Positions 1-12,100 of a stretch of 64,000 bases of DNA are shown piece after piece. Origin of the DNA: an uncultured virus (IMG/VR IMGVR_UViG_3300044612_002649) (lineage: Duplodnaviria; Heunggongvirae; Uroviricota; Caudoviricetes). The stretch is taken from IMG/VR virus record IMGVR_UViG_3300044612_002649, one strand, 5' to 3'. Below the pieces are notes generated by a model that saw only the letters and a program-made list of their open reading frames with translations, ran no database searches and was not told where the DNA came from. A program made the position numbers and the translations under genes. Within the stretch, counting starts at the first letter, position 1; every line of letters begins with the position of its first letter.

Positions 1-927
1 CTGGTTAACGCTTCTGCAAATTTAGGATCCGCATTATCTACTGCTATTAGTTCTGGTGATGTAGTTGGTGCAATTCGTAGTATTAACATCCCTGCCGGTG
101 CTGAGGCAATAGGGGACATTGTAAGTGCGGTAGCATCATTTGGTGGTGATGCCAGTGATAATGATTGGAGAGTCAGATTGAGCCTAGCCAATTGGTCTAG
201 TTTCAAAACGAGCCCAGTCTTATCACCGTTGAAAAAAGCTGGTGGTTTGATATTTCCATACACTCCAAAAATTAATATTTCAAGTGGTGCGAAATACAAT
301 CAAGTGCCAACAACACATACGAATTACTCTTTTCAAGCCTATCAAAATAGTGATCCTGGTACTATTAATATTACTGCTGATATGTTTGTAGAAGATTCTA
401 CTCAGGCATTATATTGGATAGCAATGGTGCATTATTTACGATCTTTGACAAAGATGTTTACTGGTGCTGATGTAAAATCAGGTAATCCACCACCCATTAT
501 TTATCTAAATGGATACGGTAATTATGTGTTTAAAAATGTTCCAGTTGTGGTAACTAAACTGCAAGTTGATTTAGCTTCTGATGTTGATTATATAGGCTGT
601 CAGGTTTCCGGTAGCTTGGCTAGTGAAATAGCAGGAATTGCTGATCAAGTGGGTGATTTAACAGGTGCAATTAGTGGAGCAGTTTCTGGAGTATCTGGTA
701 TAGCTAACACAGTTGGAAATATTGCAGGTGGTGTAAGTCAAGCAGCTGGTATATTAGGTGCATTAGGTGTTCCAGGTATTAGTGGCGGTGGAATGGCCCA
801 TGTACCAACAAAAAGTTCATTCAATATCACATTACAACCAGTTTACAGCAGAGAAAGCGTTAAGAAATTTAGTCTTGATCGGTTTGTTACTGGTGGTTAC
901 ATGAATAACTCAGTGGGGTACATCTAA
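1..927 (+). CDS. Baseplate/tail-tube initiator-like structural protein (5'-partial)
   Basis: Frame 1 is open from base 1 (LVNASANLG...DWRVRL), so the TTG at 178 is internal. FPYTP and GNPPP..L.GYG...F.NVPVVV motifs; first gene of the baseplate cluster. Confidence 0.6.
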   Translation: MVNASANLGSALSTAISSGDVVGAIRSINIPAGAEAIGDIVSAVASFGGDASDNDWRVRLSLANWSSFKTSPVLSPLKKAGGLIFPYTPKINISSGAKYNQVPTTHTNYSFQAYQNSDPGTINITADMFVEDSTQALYWIAMVHYLRSLTKMFTGADVKSGNPPPIIYLNGYGNYVFKNVPVVVTKLQVDLASDVDYIGCQVSGSLASEIAGIADQVGDLTGAISGAVSGVSGIANTVGNIAGGVSQAAGILGALGVPGISGGGMAHVPTKSSFNITLQPVYSRESVKKFSLDRFVTGGYMNNSVGYI

Positions 928-1229
928 TGGCAGCGCGATATGCATCAACTAGTCCGTGGTTTAATACACCTGTCACACAAAATTATTTGGACAAATTGGT
1001 TATTCGACCGGTAAGTTCTCAAACTGATGATTTTTTATACACAATTGAACCGCAATACACACATAGGCCAGATCTATTAGCACATGACGTTTATGGTAGT
1101 GCTAGTTTATGGTGGGTCTTTACCCAAAGGAACTTGGATGTTATTCAAGATCCAATTTTTGATTTTGTGCCTGGTGTTAGTATCTATTTACCAAAAAGTA
1201 GCAGTTTAAAATCGGTATTGGGGATATAA
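927..1229 (+). CDS. Baseplate wedge protein, T4 gp53-like (LysM-like)
   Basis: RPDLLAHDVYG...LWWV motif, 100 aa, baseplate context. Confidence 0.75.
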   Translation: MAARYASTSPWFNTPVTQNYLDKLVIRPVSSQTDDFLYTIEPQYTHRPDLLAHDVYGSASLWWVFTQRNLDVIQDPIFDFVPGVSIYLPKSSSLKSVLGI

Positions 1230-3671
1230 ATGAATACACAAGAAATTCTTGGCGCAACAACTAATGCGGTGTCTACCGTAAAATCTTTGAGTAATATTTC
1301 TTCTGCAACTTCATTATCCGGCATTGCAGAATCCATCCCTAATGCAATTGGTGATACTATAGATGCGATATCAAAAAATATATCAAAAGGTATAGATTCT
1401 ATATCTTCTGGATTTGAAAATATTTTATCATCGGTGGATTCTGGTGAAGAAGAATCAGATTTGGAATTACCACTGCCAAATGTATTGCATAATTATGCGA
1501 CATACAACTATATATTTGGATTATATTGTCTTGATGATGATAGTTATAATTATCCAGGAAGTTCATACATGGCTGGCAAGTTTCCACCTTTAATTTGTAA
1601 ATCAGCTGGTGCAGATCCTGATAACAGAATACAATTAGCAGATGATAAAAAATATGATTTTTTTATTGATGACGTGTTTATTGAATCTATTGCATCATTT
1701 ACACGGCAAGGTGGTAACACTAACCAGAATAATATGGGATTTACTGTTACTGAACCATACAGCATGGGTATGTTTATGCAAGCATTGCAAATTGCATCAT
1801 ACAACCAAGGCCGTAAAAATTGGCAAACAGCTGCATTTTTATTAACCATTGAATTTAGAGGTAATACAGAAACTGGTCAGATAACCAATATTCCAAATAC
1901 TAAAAAATTTATTACGTTTAAATTCCAAAATTGCCATATGAAAGTTACTGAAGCCGGTAGTATATACACTATTACCGGTTATGCATGTGCAGGTGAAGCA
2001 CTGAATGACAGTAATGTGAATTTTAAATCAGATACCGTAATCACTGGCAAGACTGTTCAAGAAATATTACAAAGTGGACCAAAAAGTTTGCAACAAGCTG
2101 TAAATGCTAGATACAAACAGTTGAAGGAAACTGGTGCTGTTAAAGTACAGGATGAGATATTAATATTATTTCCAAATAAAATATCGACAGAGGGTGCTGG
2201 TGCCACACTTGTGAAACAAGGTGATACTGAAAGTAAATCATCTGCTACACAAGATCCCACACAATTAAATGATGAAAAATTATTTAAAACACTCGGTATT
2301 TCAAGAAGCAGTACGAGTGCAACATTGATACAAAATGATGGTACTTGCAACGCATTAGGAAAGGCTAAACTTGGGTATGATGTTAATAGAGCTGGTAAAT
2401 CACCATTTCCTGATGAAAATGCGGTATGGGATGACACTAAAAAAATATGGAATAGATCGGATGTTTGTTCAGCTCCCGGGGTTACTGATTTTATATTTGC
2501 TCAAGGATCTGATATTATCAATGCAATCAACCAAGTATTACTTAAAAGTGAAATCGCAGTTTCTGCGTTGGATCCAAAACAACTATCACCTGAGGGATTT
2601 CGGCCATGGTGGAAAATTGATACACAAGTTTATTATATTAAATCAGATGAAAATTTTAAAACAACTGGAACTATTCCAAAATTGATAGTATATCGAGTGA
2701 TTCCGTATAAAGTGCATGCAAGTAAAATGTTACCTCCAAATGCAACTGCCCCTGGGTTGGATAAATTAAAAGATCAAATTGTTAAGGAATATAATTACAT
2801 TTATACTGGTAAAAATATTGATTTGATTAAGTTTGAGTTTGAAATATCGGCTGCATTTAATAATTCATATATGGCTGACAATTTTACAAAATCGGGAGAT
2901 GTAGTCACTGCCCAACAAACTAGTAGTGCTGAAACAGTTACACCAAATGAAGCAAAACAAGCTCAATCAAAAATACCTACTGGAAGTAGTAATGTACAAC
3001 CCGGTGCAGCTGTGACCACAACCAAGCACGATGCGGTGATTACTTCGTCTGATAATAAAGGCGGATCAGTTGGTGATACGCCAGCAATACGTGCAGCAAA
3101 ATTATTTCATGATGCTGTAACCACGCCAAATGAAATGCATACAATACATATTGACATATTAGGAGATCCGTACTATATTTCGAATAGTGGCACTGGGAAT
3201 TATACTGATACACAACTGAAATTTGTCAATATTACTAAAGATGGTAGTATTAATTATATGAATGGTGAATCACATATTGTAATTAATTTCAGGACACCGA
3301 CTGATATAAATCAACAAACTGGTTTGTATGATTTAACAAACACCAAGGTAGCTCAACAATTTAGTGGATTTTTTAGATTAACCACAATTAGAAGCGAATT
3401 TAAAAAAGGTGTTTTTACACAAACAATTCAGGCAGCTAGAGTTCAAGGACAAGACAATCCAGAACCATCAAATCCGGATTCATTATATAGTTCTGATAAA
3501 ACCCCAGATACTAATAAAGGACTAGGGATTAGTAATTTTCTTGGTGGTGAGTTCACTAAAAAACTTGATTCTATCACAGAAGATTTTACGTCAAAAATTC
3601 AATCGACGATAGATGGTACCGCGTCGGTAATTAATGAAGTGGTGCCAACAATAACAGGGCTAATAAAATAA
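1230..3671 (+). CDS. Baseplate hub/tail protein (gp27-like position)
   Basis: 813 aa between gp53-like and gp5-like genes; C-terminal I.ILGDP...FSG.F....I.S.F..G.FTQ typical of hub proteins. Confidence 0.55.
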   Translation: MNTQEILGATTNAVSTVKSLSNISSATSLSGIAESIPNAIGDTIDAISKNISKGIDSISSGFENILSSVDSGEEESDLELPLPNVLHNYATYNYIFGLYCLDDDSYNYPGSSYMAGKFPPLICKSAGADPDNRIQLADDKKYDFFIDDVFIESIASFTRQGGNTNQNNMGFTVTEPYSMGMFMQALQIASYNQGRKNWQTAAFLLTIEFRGNTETGQITNIPNTKKFITFKFQNCHMKVTEAGSIYTITGYACAGEALNDSNVNFKSDTVITGKTVQEILQSGPKSLQQAVNARYKQLKETGAVKVQDEILILFPNKISTEGAGATLVKQGDTESKSSATQDPTQLNDEKLFKTLGISRSSTSATLIQNDGTCNALGKAKLGYDVNRAGKSPFPDENAVWDDTKKIWNRSDVCSAPGVTDFIFAQGSDIINAINQVLLKSEIAVSALDPKQLSPEGFRPWWKIDTQVYYIKSDENFKTTGTIPKLIVYRVIPYKVHASKMLPPNATAPGLDKLKDQIVKEYNYIYTGKNIDLIKFEFEISAAFNNSYMADNFTKSGDVVTAQQTSSAETVTPNEAKQAQSKIPTGSSNVQPGAAVTTTKHDAVITSSDNKGGSVGDTPAIRAAKLFHDAVTTPNEMHTIHIDILGDPYYISNSGTGNYTDTQLKFVNITKDGSINYMNGESHIVINFRTPTDINQQTGLYDLTNTKVAQQFSGFFRLTTIRSEFKKGVFTQTIQAARVQGQDNPEPSNPDSLYSSDKTPDTNKGLGISNFLGGEFTKKLDSITEDFTSKIQSTIDGTASVINEVVPTITGLIK

Positions 3672-5092
3672 TGGCAGAAGAAAAGAATTCCGGTGTACAA
3701 AGTGCAGTACCATCACAACCGTGTCTTGCAAAAGTTGTTAGTCATTTAGATACAACATACATGGGATCACTTGAAGTAATGTTGTTGAGACCAGGAGCAG
3801 GCAACGATTCTGTAAGTTCCCAAGTTCAACAGGTGAAATATATGAGTCCTTTTTGGGGAAATACTTCAATCGATTCCGTCTGTAGCCAGAATGATTATAA
3901 TAATACGCAAAAAAGTTATGGTATGTGGATGGTTCCCCCGGATGTGGGATCCACTGTTATAGTTATATTCATAAATGGCGATGCAGCAAGAGGCTATTGG
4001 ATTGGATGTGTTCCAGATGAGAACATGAATTTCATGGTTCCTGGAATTGCTGCTACTGAAAATTCGGTGACTAGTGGAACAGCGGACGCGGTTGGTAGAA
4101 CAAGCCGACTACCGGTTGCTGAATATAATAAGTTGGAAAACAACCAAAATGGTGATGCTACTAGATTTAAAAAACCAGTACATCCATTTGCAGCAGCTTT
4201 GGAAGCACAAGGATTGCTATTAGATGATACCAGAGGAATAACTACCAGCAGTGCACGACGTGAAACACCGAGTATGGTATTTGGTATAAGCACACCAGGT
4301 CCATTTGATAAACGCCAAGGAGCGCAAGTTGGTCATCTAGGAAAATCTGATTGTGGTGTTAATAATGGACCCGTAAGTCATTTAGGCGGCACAACATTTG
4401 TGTTAGATGATGGGGATGATAAATTTTTGAGAAAAACATCAGCGAGTATTGGTCCACCAGAATATGTATCTGTTGAAAAGGGTGATACTGGTGGTGATGT
4501 GACGATTCCTCATAATGAATTATTCAGAATTAGAACCAGAACTGGGCATCAAATATTATTGCATAATTCTGAAGATTTAATTTATATAGGGAATAGTAAA
4601 GGTACAACGTGGATCGAATTGACCAGTAATGGTAAAATTGATATATTTGCAGAAGATAGTATTAGTATTCATACAAAGCAAGATTTTAATTTAACTGCTG
4701 ATAGAGATATCAATTTCAATGCTAAAAATATAAATTTAACGGCATCTGAAAATTTCAAAGTTACTGCTAGTAAAAATTTTGAAGTAGTGGCTGGTGTTGA
4801 TGGATTGATTACATTGGGTGGTAGTCAACATATAAAATCTGGTGGAAATTGTTTGATAACAGGCGCGGAAATTCATTTAAATGGTCCAGCTGCAGCAGCT
4901 GCAACGGTAGCACCTGTGCCTACTAGAATCCCCGATCATGAGCCTTGGATCGGACATGAAAATCTCGATCCAGCTATGTTTACCCCAGATAAAACGGTAG
5001 CAGTTGAGCCATCTCAATTAACAGAACCAACTCCACCGACTATGTATAAACAGTATACTGCTACTATGGATACATTTAATAAAGGATCATAA
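3671..5092 (+). CDS. Baseplate central spike, gp5/VgrG-like
   Basis: OB-fold motif PPDVGSTVIVIF..GD...GYWIG, beta-helix repeats and IHLNG end. Confidence 0.8.
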   Translation: MAEEKNSGVQSAVPSQPCLAKVVSHLDTTYMGSLEVMLLRPGAGNDSVSSQVQQVKYMSPFWGNTSIDSVCSQNDYNNTQKSYGMWMVPPDVGSTVIVIFINGDAARGYWIGCVPDENMNFMVPGIAATENSVTSGTADAVGRTSRLPVAEYNKLENNQNGDATRFKKPVHPFAAALEAQGLLLDDTRGITTSSARRETPSMVFGISTPGPFDKRQGAQVGHLGKSDCGVNNGPVSHLGGTTFVLDDGDDKFLRKTSASIGPPEYVSVEKGDTGGDVTIPHNELFRIRTRTGHQILLHNSEDLIYIGNSKGTTWIELTSNGKIDIFAEDSISIHTKQDFNLTADRDINFNAKNINLTASENFKVTASKNFEVVAGVDGLITLGGSQHIKSGGNCLITGAEIHLNGPAAAAATVAPVPTRIPDHEPWIGHENLDPAMFTPDKTVAVEPSQLTEPTPPTMYKQYTATMDTFNKGS

Positions 5093-5093
5093 A

Positions 5094-5525
5094 ATGAGTA
5101 ATTCATTATATACTAAACTTACTATACCGTCAAATAATCAACAAATTACATCACAGATGTATAGAGGATTTAGTACGGTGAGTCCAGACACTGAAAATTT
5201 TAAATTGTTTGATTTAGCATTAGTTAAACAAGACTTGTTAAATCATTTTTACACTCGTCAAGGTGAACGATTGATGAATCCAAAATTTGGAACAGTAATA
5301 TGGGATTTAATTTTTGAGCCGTTGACTGATGATACCAAGAATCTCATAATCCAAAATGTTAATGAAATTATAAATTATGATCCACGAATAGTTGCAAATG
5401 ATGTAGTAATCACACAATATGAAAGTGGTATACAAATAGAATGTGTCTTGACATATTTGCCATATAATATATCGGAAAAACTTAAATTACAATTTGATCA
5501 GACTAACGGGCTTTTTGTTCAATAA
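5094..5525 (+). CDS. Baseplate wedge protein gp25-like
   Basis: TRQGERLMNPKFG..IWDLIFEP...YDPRI signature. Confidence 0.9.
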   Translation: MSNSLYTKLTIPSNNQQITSQMYRGFSTVSPDTENFKLFDLALVKQDLLNHFYTRQGERLMNPKFGTVIWDLIFEPLTDDTKNLIIQNVNEIINYDPRIVANDVVITQYESGIQIECVLTYLPYNISEKLKLQFDQTNGLFVQ

Positions 5526-5537
5526 AGTGCGTAGATT

Positions 5538-5567
5538 ATCCTAATGAATAAATACAGCTATTAGGAT
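5538..5567 (+). promoter_or_regulatory. Late promoter (AATAAATA) inside an 8-bp hairpin whose 3' arm covers the AGGA SD
   Basis: atcctaat-gaataaatacagct-attaggat directly upstream of ATG 5573. Confidence 0.55.
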
Positions 5568-5572
5568 TAATT

Positions 5573-8500
5573 ATGAGTGCAACCGATAGAGAAAATAGAC
5601 TTCTAGTAGCTGAAGATTGGACAAAAATATATCAGTCATTTCGTAGTGCTGACTTTCAAAGTTATGATTTTGAAAATATCAGACGAACAATGATTAACTA
5701 TTTACGTCAAAATTACCCGGAAGATTTTAATGATTATATTGAAAGTTCTGAGTATTTGGCATTGATAGATCTTATAGCATTTTTTGGGCAAAATATTGCA
5801 TTCCGAGTTGATTTGAATGCTCGTGAAAACTTTTTAGAATTGGCAGAACGTAGAGATAGCGTACTACGATTAGCTAGAATGATTAGCTATAATGCAAAAA
5901 GAAATATTGCCGCAAAGGGGTTATTAAAATTTTCAACAGTTCAAACTACTGAGCGTGTTATTGATAGTAACGGTAGAAATCTATCAAACCAAGTCATTAC
6001 ATGGAATGATACAAGTAATCCTAATTGGTATGACCAGTTCATAAAAATCATGAATGCAGCAATGCCAGATGCACAACAATTCGGTAATCCATCTGACAGC
6101 GCAACAATTTATGGTATTGCTACTGAACAATATAGATTCCAAGCGGCTAATACTGATGTTCCAGTTTATTCATTCTCCAAAGTTATCTCTGGTAGATCAA
6201 TGAATTTTGAGATTACCAGTACTACTTTTTCTGGACAAACCTATATCTATGAAGAATCCCCCAAAGTAGGTAATAGATTAGCATGTGTATATCGGGACGA
6301 TGGCCAAGGTGCAGGAAGTGCTAATTCTGGTTTTTTCTTGAATTTTACACAAGGTTCTTTGAATACAGGTACTTTTAATATTTCACAACCGAGTACAAAC
6401 GAAGTTATTAATATTGATACCCAAGGGATCAATAATTCAGATGTGTGGTTATATTCATTAGATTTGTCTGGCGTTGAAAAAAGTGCATGGGTACAAGTTC
6501 CAAGTTTAACCGGTAATAATATCATATACAATAGTTTGAGTAAAAATATTAAAAATATTTATGGTGTGACTACACGGGCAAGTGATGCAATTAGTTTAAA
6601 TTTTAGTGATGGCACATTTGGCAATCTTCCACAAGGCCCATTTAGAGTATATTATAGAATTAGTAATGGATTATCGTATGTAATTAATACGCAAGATATA
6701 AAAAATGTTACGATTTCAATACCATATATTTCGTCAACTAATCAGTTTGAAACATTAACTGTGTCATTAAATTTGACAACCTCGGTAATGAGTTCATCAC
6801 CCTCTGAGACTAATGAAAGCATTAAAACAAATGCTCCTCAAAATTATTATACTCAGAATAGAATGATTACTGGCGAAGATTACAATATTAATCCATTAAC
6901 AGCGAATCATCAGATATTAAAAGTTAAATCAATTAATCGTACTTCAAGTGGTATTAGTCGATATTTTGATGTTGTTGATCCAACTAGCAAGTATAGTTCT
7001 ACTAGATTATTTTCTGATGATGGTATCATTTATTCAGAGTACTATTCTAATTCGGTAAATTTCTCATATAAAACAAGAATCGATATTCAAAATGCAATTT
7101 ACAATGTAATATTACCGATATTGAAAGATGACGGATTAAAAAATTATTATTATTCTAATTTTGTTAGTGGGGTATTAAATTCTGGAAAAACAATTACTTG
7201 GACTCAAAATTCTTCTGATATACAATCAAGTGTTGGTGTTTTTTCCGAATCAGTTGCATCGTTGAATATAACAACAGGCGCTAAAATAAAATTTGTCGCT
7301 CCTGTTGGATCATATTTTGATACAAATCAATCAAACAAATTAGTATCAGGATTTGCGATAACTCCTGGTTCTTCTTATTATTTGTGGGCAGATGTATCTA
7401 GTATTTCTGGTAATAATTATTCATTAAATACTATATTACCATCTACTGCTATAATTGATTCGGTAGTTCCAGAATGGTCAACTATTATAACAAGCACTGA
7501 TGTATTGACAGAAATGGTTGAATTAATATTATTAAACCAACCATTTGGTTTGCGATATGATGTCACCACTCAATCGTGGAAAGTTGTATTAAAATCTAAT
7601 TTAGACGTTATTAATCCGTTTAGTTTATATTCACAGGGCGATATCACCAACACAAATTCTGATGCTAGTTGGTTAATATTATTAACAACTAACAATAATG
7701 TTTATACCGTTACTAGCCGTGAAATGCGATATGTATTCGAGAGTGATAAACAATTACGATTCTTTTATGATGGGTCATCAACAATTTATGATAGCCAAAC
7801 ATCTAATGTGATTAATGATCTTGTTACAGTTTTGAGTTATAATACTAATCCAGTCGTAGTATCAACCTACGCATATGCTGCGTCAAATAGCAATACGATA
7901 GTAGTTAATAATGCTACTGGTATCACAATTGGTATGATTGTATCTGGGATTGGGATTGCTGATAATACAATTGTAATTGATGTTTCTACGTTAAATGGTG
8001 TTAATACAGTAACATTAAATAAAGTAACAATTGCAATTGTGAGTGAAACCGTTAATTTTAATAATATAGGATCATCGACATATAACAATGATTTGACATT
8101 TAAAATTATTGGATCATATGTTGGTGAAGATGGATATGTAGATACAAAAAAAGTATTAGTATCATTCTCCGATAAAATGGGACCAGATTTATTTAAACAG
8201 GTTGTTAATCCAATTCAGACTGATGCTAGTAAGTATATAGTGCAGTCTCGATACTCGATATCGTCTGGACAAGAGGATTACAAATACATAAGTAATTCTA
8301 ATGAAATAGTTAAAATCCTACCAACACAGCCTGCGTCTTTTACTGGATATACGGATAAACAGTATTTTTACTTTATTGATACAGCAGTTGTAAAACAATA
8401 TGATAAAACCACTGCTAAACTTACACCTAGTTTGGATTATAAAGTATATGTTGGAAGATCAGATATTAAATATCAATATACACATGCAGCGAAATACGAA

Positions 8501-9145
8501 TCTAGGATTGATCCTGGTGTCAGTAATATCATGGATGTTTATATATTAACTACTGATTATGATATATCATTTAGACAATGGTTAAGCGGTGTAACTAGTA
8601 CGAAACCATTACCGCCTAGTTCAGATGAACTACATACCACATTAGCTCCTTCATTAGATTTGATAAAATCCGTGTCGGATGAAATCATTTACCATCCAGT
8701 GTCGTATACTATTCTTTTTGGGTCATCAGCCCCATCTGAATTGCAAGCAACATTTAAAGTTGTGAAAAATCCTGCACAGGTAATTTCTGATAACGATGTT
8801 AAAACACAGGTTATTTCTGCTATTAATAGATTTTTCGCAGTTCAAAATTGGGAGTTTGGTGATACATTTTATTTTACTGAGTTATCTGCTTATGTAATCA
8901 ATCAGCTGGCTCCAAACATAGTCAATTTTGTAATTGTGCCTAATCAAGCTAATATGAATTTTGGTAGTTTATTTGAAATCACATCCAATAGTGATCGCTT
9001 ATTCATAAGTTCGGCCACTGTTGATAATATAGAAATTATTTCAGGAATAACTACCAGTAATGTTAAAGCAATTAATAATTCTAGCACAATTAGCAGTAAT
9101 AGTGTACAACAAACAATAACAAGCGCACCATATGGGAGTTTATAA
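5573..9145 (+). CDS. Baseplate wedge protein gp6-like
   Basis: DF..I...M..YL...FNDY.ESS, FSDGTFGNLP, IKTNAP..Y.TQNRMITGEDY. Confidence 0.85.
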   Translation: MSATDRENRLLVAEDWTKIYQSFRSADFQSYDFENIRRTMINYLRQNYPEDFNDYIESSEYLALIDLIAFFGQNIAFRVDLNARENFLELAERRDSVLRLARMISYNAKRNIAAKGLLKFSTVQTTERVIDSNGRNLSNQVITWNDTSNPNWYDQFIKIMNAAMPDAQQFGNPSDSATIYGIATEQYRFQAANTDVPVYSFSKVISGRSMNFEITSTTFSGQTYIYEESPKVGNRLACVYRDDGQGAGSANSGFFLNFTQGSLNTGTFNISQPSTNEVINIDTQGINNSDVWLYSLDLSGVEKSAWVQVPSLTGNNIIYNSLSKNIKNIYGVTTRASDAISLNFSDGTFGNLPQGPFRVYYRISNGLSYVINTQDIKNVTISIPYISSTNQFETLTVSLNLTTSVMSSSPSETNESIKTNAPQNYYTQNRMITGEDYNINPLTANHQILKVKSINRTSSGISRYFDVVDPTSKYSSTRLFSDDGIIYSEYYSNSVNFSYKTRIDIQNAIYNVILPILKDDGLKNYYYSNFVSGVLNSGKTITWTQNSSDIQSSVGVFSESVASLNITTGAKIKFVAPVGSYFDTNQSNKLVSGFAITPGSSYYLWADVSSISGNNYSLNTILPSTAIIDSVVPEWSTIITSTDVLTEMVELILLNQPFGLRYDVTTQSWKVVLKSNLDVINPFSLYSQGDITNTNSDASWLILLTTNNNVYTVTSREMRYVFESDKQLRFFYDGSSTIYDSQTSNVINDLVTVLSYNTNPVVVSTYAYAASNSNTIVVNNATGITIGMIVSGIGIADNTIVIDVSTLNGVNTVTLNKVTIAIVSETVNFNNIGSSTYNNDLTFKIIGSYVGEDGYVDTKKVLVSFSDKMGPDLFKQVVNPIQTDASKYIVQSRYSISSGQEDYKYISNSNEIVKILPTQPASFTGYTDKQYFYFIDTAVVKQYDKTTAKLTPSLDYKVYVGRSDIKYQYTHAAKYESRIDPGVSNIMDVYILTTDYDISFRQWLSGVTSTKPLPPSSDELHTTLAPSLDLIKSVSDEIIYHPVSYTILFGSSAPSELQATFKVVKNPAQVISDNDVKTQVISAINRFFAVQNWEFGDTFYFTELSAYVINQLAPNIVNFVIVPNQANMNFGSLFEITSNSDRLFISSATVDNIEIISGITTSNVKAINNSSTISSNSVQQTITSAPYGSL

Positions 9146-12100
9146 TGGCCAATAGTGTCAACTCAAAATCAACTAATATTTCAGCATCATTGTTACCAGG
9201 AATTTACAGAACTGATACAAATAAAAAGTTTTTACAGGCAACTGTTGAGCAATTAACACAGCGTGGAACGGTATCTAAAATCAATGGATATATTGGACGC
9301 CAAAATGCTAAAGCAACAAATGGCAATGATGTTTTTATCGAGGCAGCTGATCCTACTAGACAGAATTATCAATTAGAACCGAGTATGGTTATCAATGATC
9401 AGCAAGGTAATAACATCTTTTTTAAAGATTACCAAGATTATATTAACCAATTATCCGTATTTGGGAGCAATGTTTCTAATCATTCAAGATTGAATAAATC
9501 TGAGATTTATAGTTGGGATCCACAAATTGATTGGGATAAATTTGTAAATTTCCAGCAATATCATTGGTTGCCAGAAGGACCATCGGTTATCACAATTGAT
9601 GATGCTGTTGAAAATATTATTGGACAGCAATCATACAACATTACATCTTCAGTTTTATTGAGTAATGGTATGCTTATTCGTTTATCTGATAATATTGAAT
9701 ATTATGTTGAAGGTGTTGGTACATCTATTAAATTGATAGAATTTTCTGTATTTTCTGAATATTCATCATCTGAACATGACTATGTGGTCATCAATCGTGC
9801 TAGTGTAGAACAGAGTCCATGGGTACTTGGCAATAATTGGGTTCATGCGGATGTTATAAAAACGAGCCTTCAATTAAACGGGTTAATACCAGATATTGAT
9901 AATTCTACTAGAGCTAAACGGCCTATTATAGAATTTAATGCAAATCTAGGCTTGTATAATTATGGATACAATAGAATAGATAACGTTGATTTTTATGATA
10001 CGTTAACAACTGATGCATTTTCGACAGTCGAAGGATCAACTGGTTATTATATTGATAAAGTCGGATTAAAACCAGGTGATCGAGTTATATTTTCAGTAGA
10101 TACTGATGCAACTGTGAGAAATAATGTGTATGAGATCAAATTAGTGAAATCAAAAATTCATTTGAGATTGGTTCATACTGCTACAATGCATGATGTGGTT
10201 AAAATTAAAAATGGAATAGAGAATAGTATATCGACAATTGTTAATAAACAATTATGGTTTGATGGCATGTCTTGGCAAATTGCACAAAAGAAAACATCAT
10301 TACATCAGTCACCATTATTTGATGTGTTTGATGAAAATGGTAATAGTTTTGGTGATAATAGTGTTTATCTAGGAACAACATTTGTTGGTAATAAAATATT
10401 TTCATATGCAGCGGGAACCAATGGATCAGTAGATCCAGTATTAGGATTCATACTTACCTATAAACCAATTAATAATATTGGTGATATAATATTTAATTTC
10501 AATTTTGCAACAGATACATTTAAATATTCTGAATCATCAGCTGTTAAAACTTACTCAGTATCATCTGGATTTTTGAAAAAAATAGCAAATGATGGTTCAG
10601 CCACATATAGCAGTGGTTGGAAAAAATGTGAGTTATCAAATACACAAGCTGCTGTAAGAATTTATAAAAATTTAAATATTGTTAATGATTTTAATTTAGA
10701 TATTTACGATGATATTAACCAATTAACTGATTTAGAAATTCGTATATATGTTAATGGTGTTAGGCTTAATAAAACAAATGGTACTATTAATAACTGGTCC
10801 ATCATTGATGGTCCTTTATATAAAAAAATAAGATTTAACACAGATTTATTATTAACCGATATTTTAACAGTTAGATCGTTTTCTAAACAACCGATAAACA
10901 CAAATGGATATTATGAGTTACCATTGAATTTACAAAATAATCCACAAAATCAATCAATTGGAAGTATGGCATTGAGTGAAGTTCTTGATCACGTTGATTC
11001 AATTGTTGATAATTTAGGCACACAATTTGTTGGAGAAATTCCTGGATATAATAACTTAAGAGATTTGCCTAATATATCATCATATGGTACAAAATTTGTA
11101 AAACATGGATGCCCCTTTGAATTATCATTATTTCATATTACCTCATCTTCTACCAATGTAATTCGGGCGTTAGAGAAAGCTAGAGAAGATTACAATAAAT
11201 TTAAAAGAACTTTTATTAGTGTTGCAGAAACATTAGGTATTGATACGGATGTAAAAACACATGTGGATATGATTTTGACCCATATCAACAAAAATACACC
11301 AGTCACTTCTCCATATTATTTTAGTGATATGGTGCCATATGGACCTTCGATTAAAACTGAGTTTGAAGTAATTGATTACAGAATAACTCAATATCCAATG
11401 ACCACTATATTTACATTGAATGAGTTATCGAATAAAGCAGTAGGAGTTTATGTTAATAATGCTCAATTGATTTATGGAAGTGACTACATTTTTAATTCAC
11501 AAGGATTTGTTGATATAAAATCATCGTTGAATACTGGGGATGTTGTAACTATCTATGAGTATGAAAATACGGATGGATGTTTTATACCGGAAACATTGAC
11601 AAAACTTGGTATTTGGCCAAAATATGTACCTTCAATATACGAAGATACAACATTGATCAATCCGGTTAATATGATTCAAGGGCATGATGGTAGTATGGTA
11701 TTAGCATACGATGATTATAGAGATGCATTATTACTAGAATTAGAAACTAGAATATACAATAATATCAAGATTGAATATGACCCAACCATATTTGATATTA
11801 ATGATATTATACCACGATATGGAGTTGAAAATGATTATAGCTTGGCTGAATTCAATAGTATATTAGAATCGAGTTTTTATAAATGGACATCTTTGATTGA
11901 TGTTGATTTTACAAAAGTTATTGGATATGATTCTACTAATCCATATACATTCAATTATTATGGGTATAGTACACCAGATAATAAAAGTGTACCTGGATAT
12001 TGGAGAGGAATTTATAAATGGTTATATGGAACAGATAGACCGAATATGTGTCCATGGGAAATGTTAGGATTAACTATAAAACCTGAATGGTGGGAAAATA

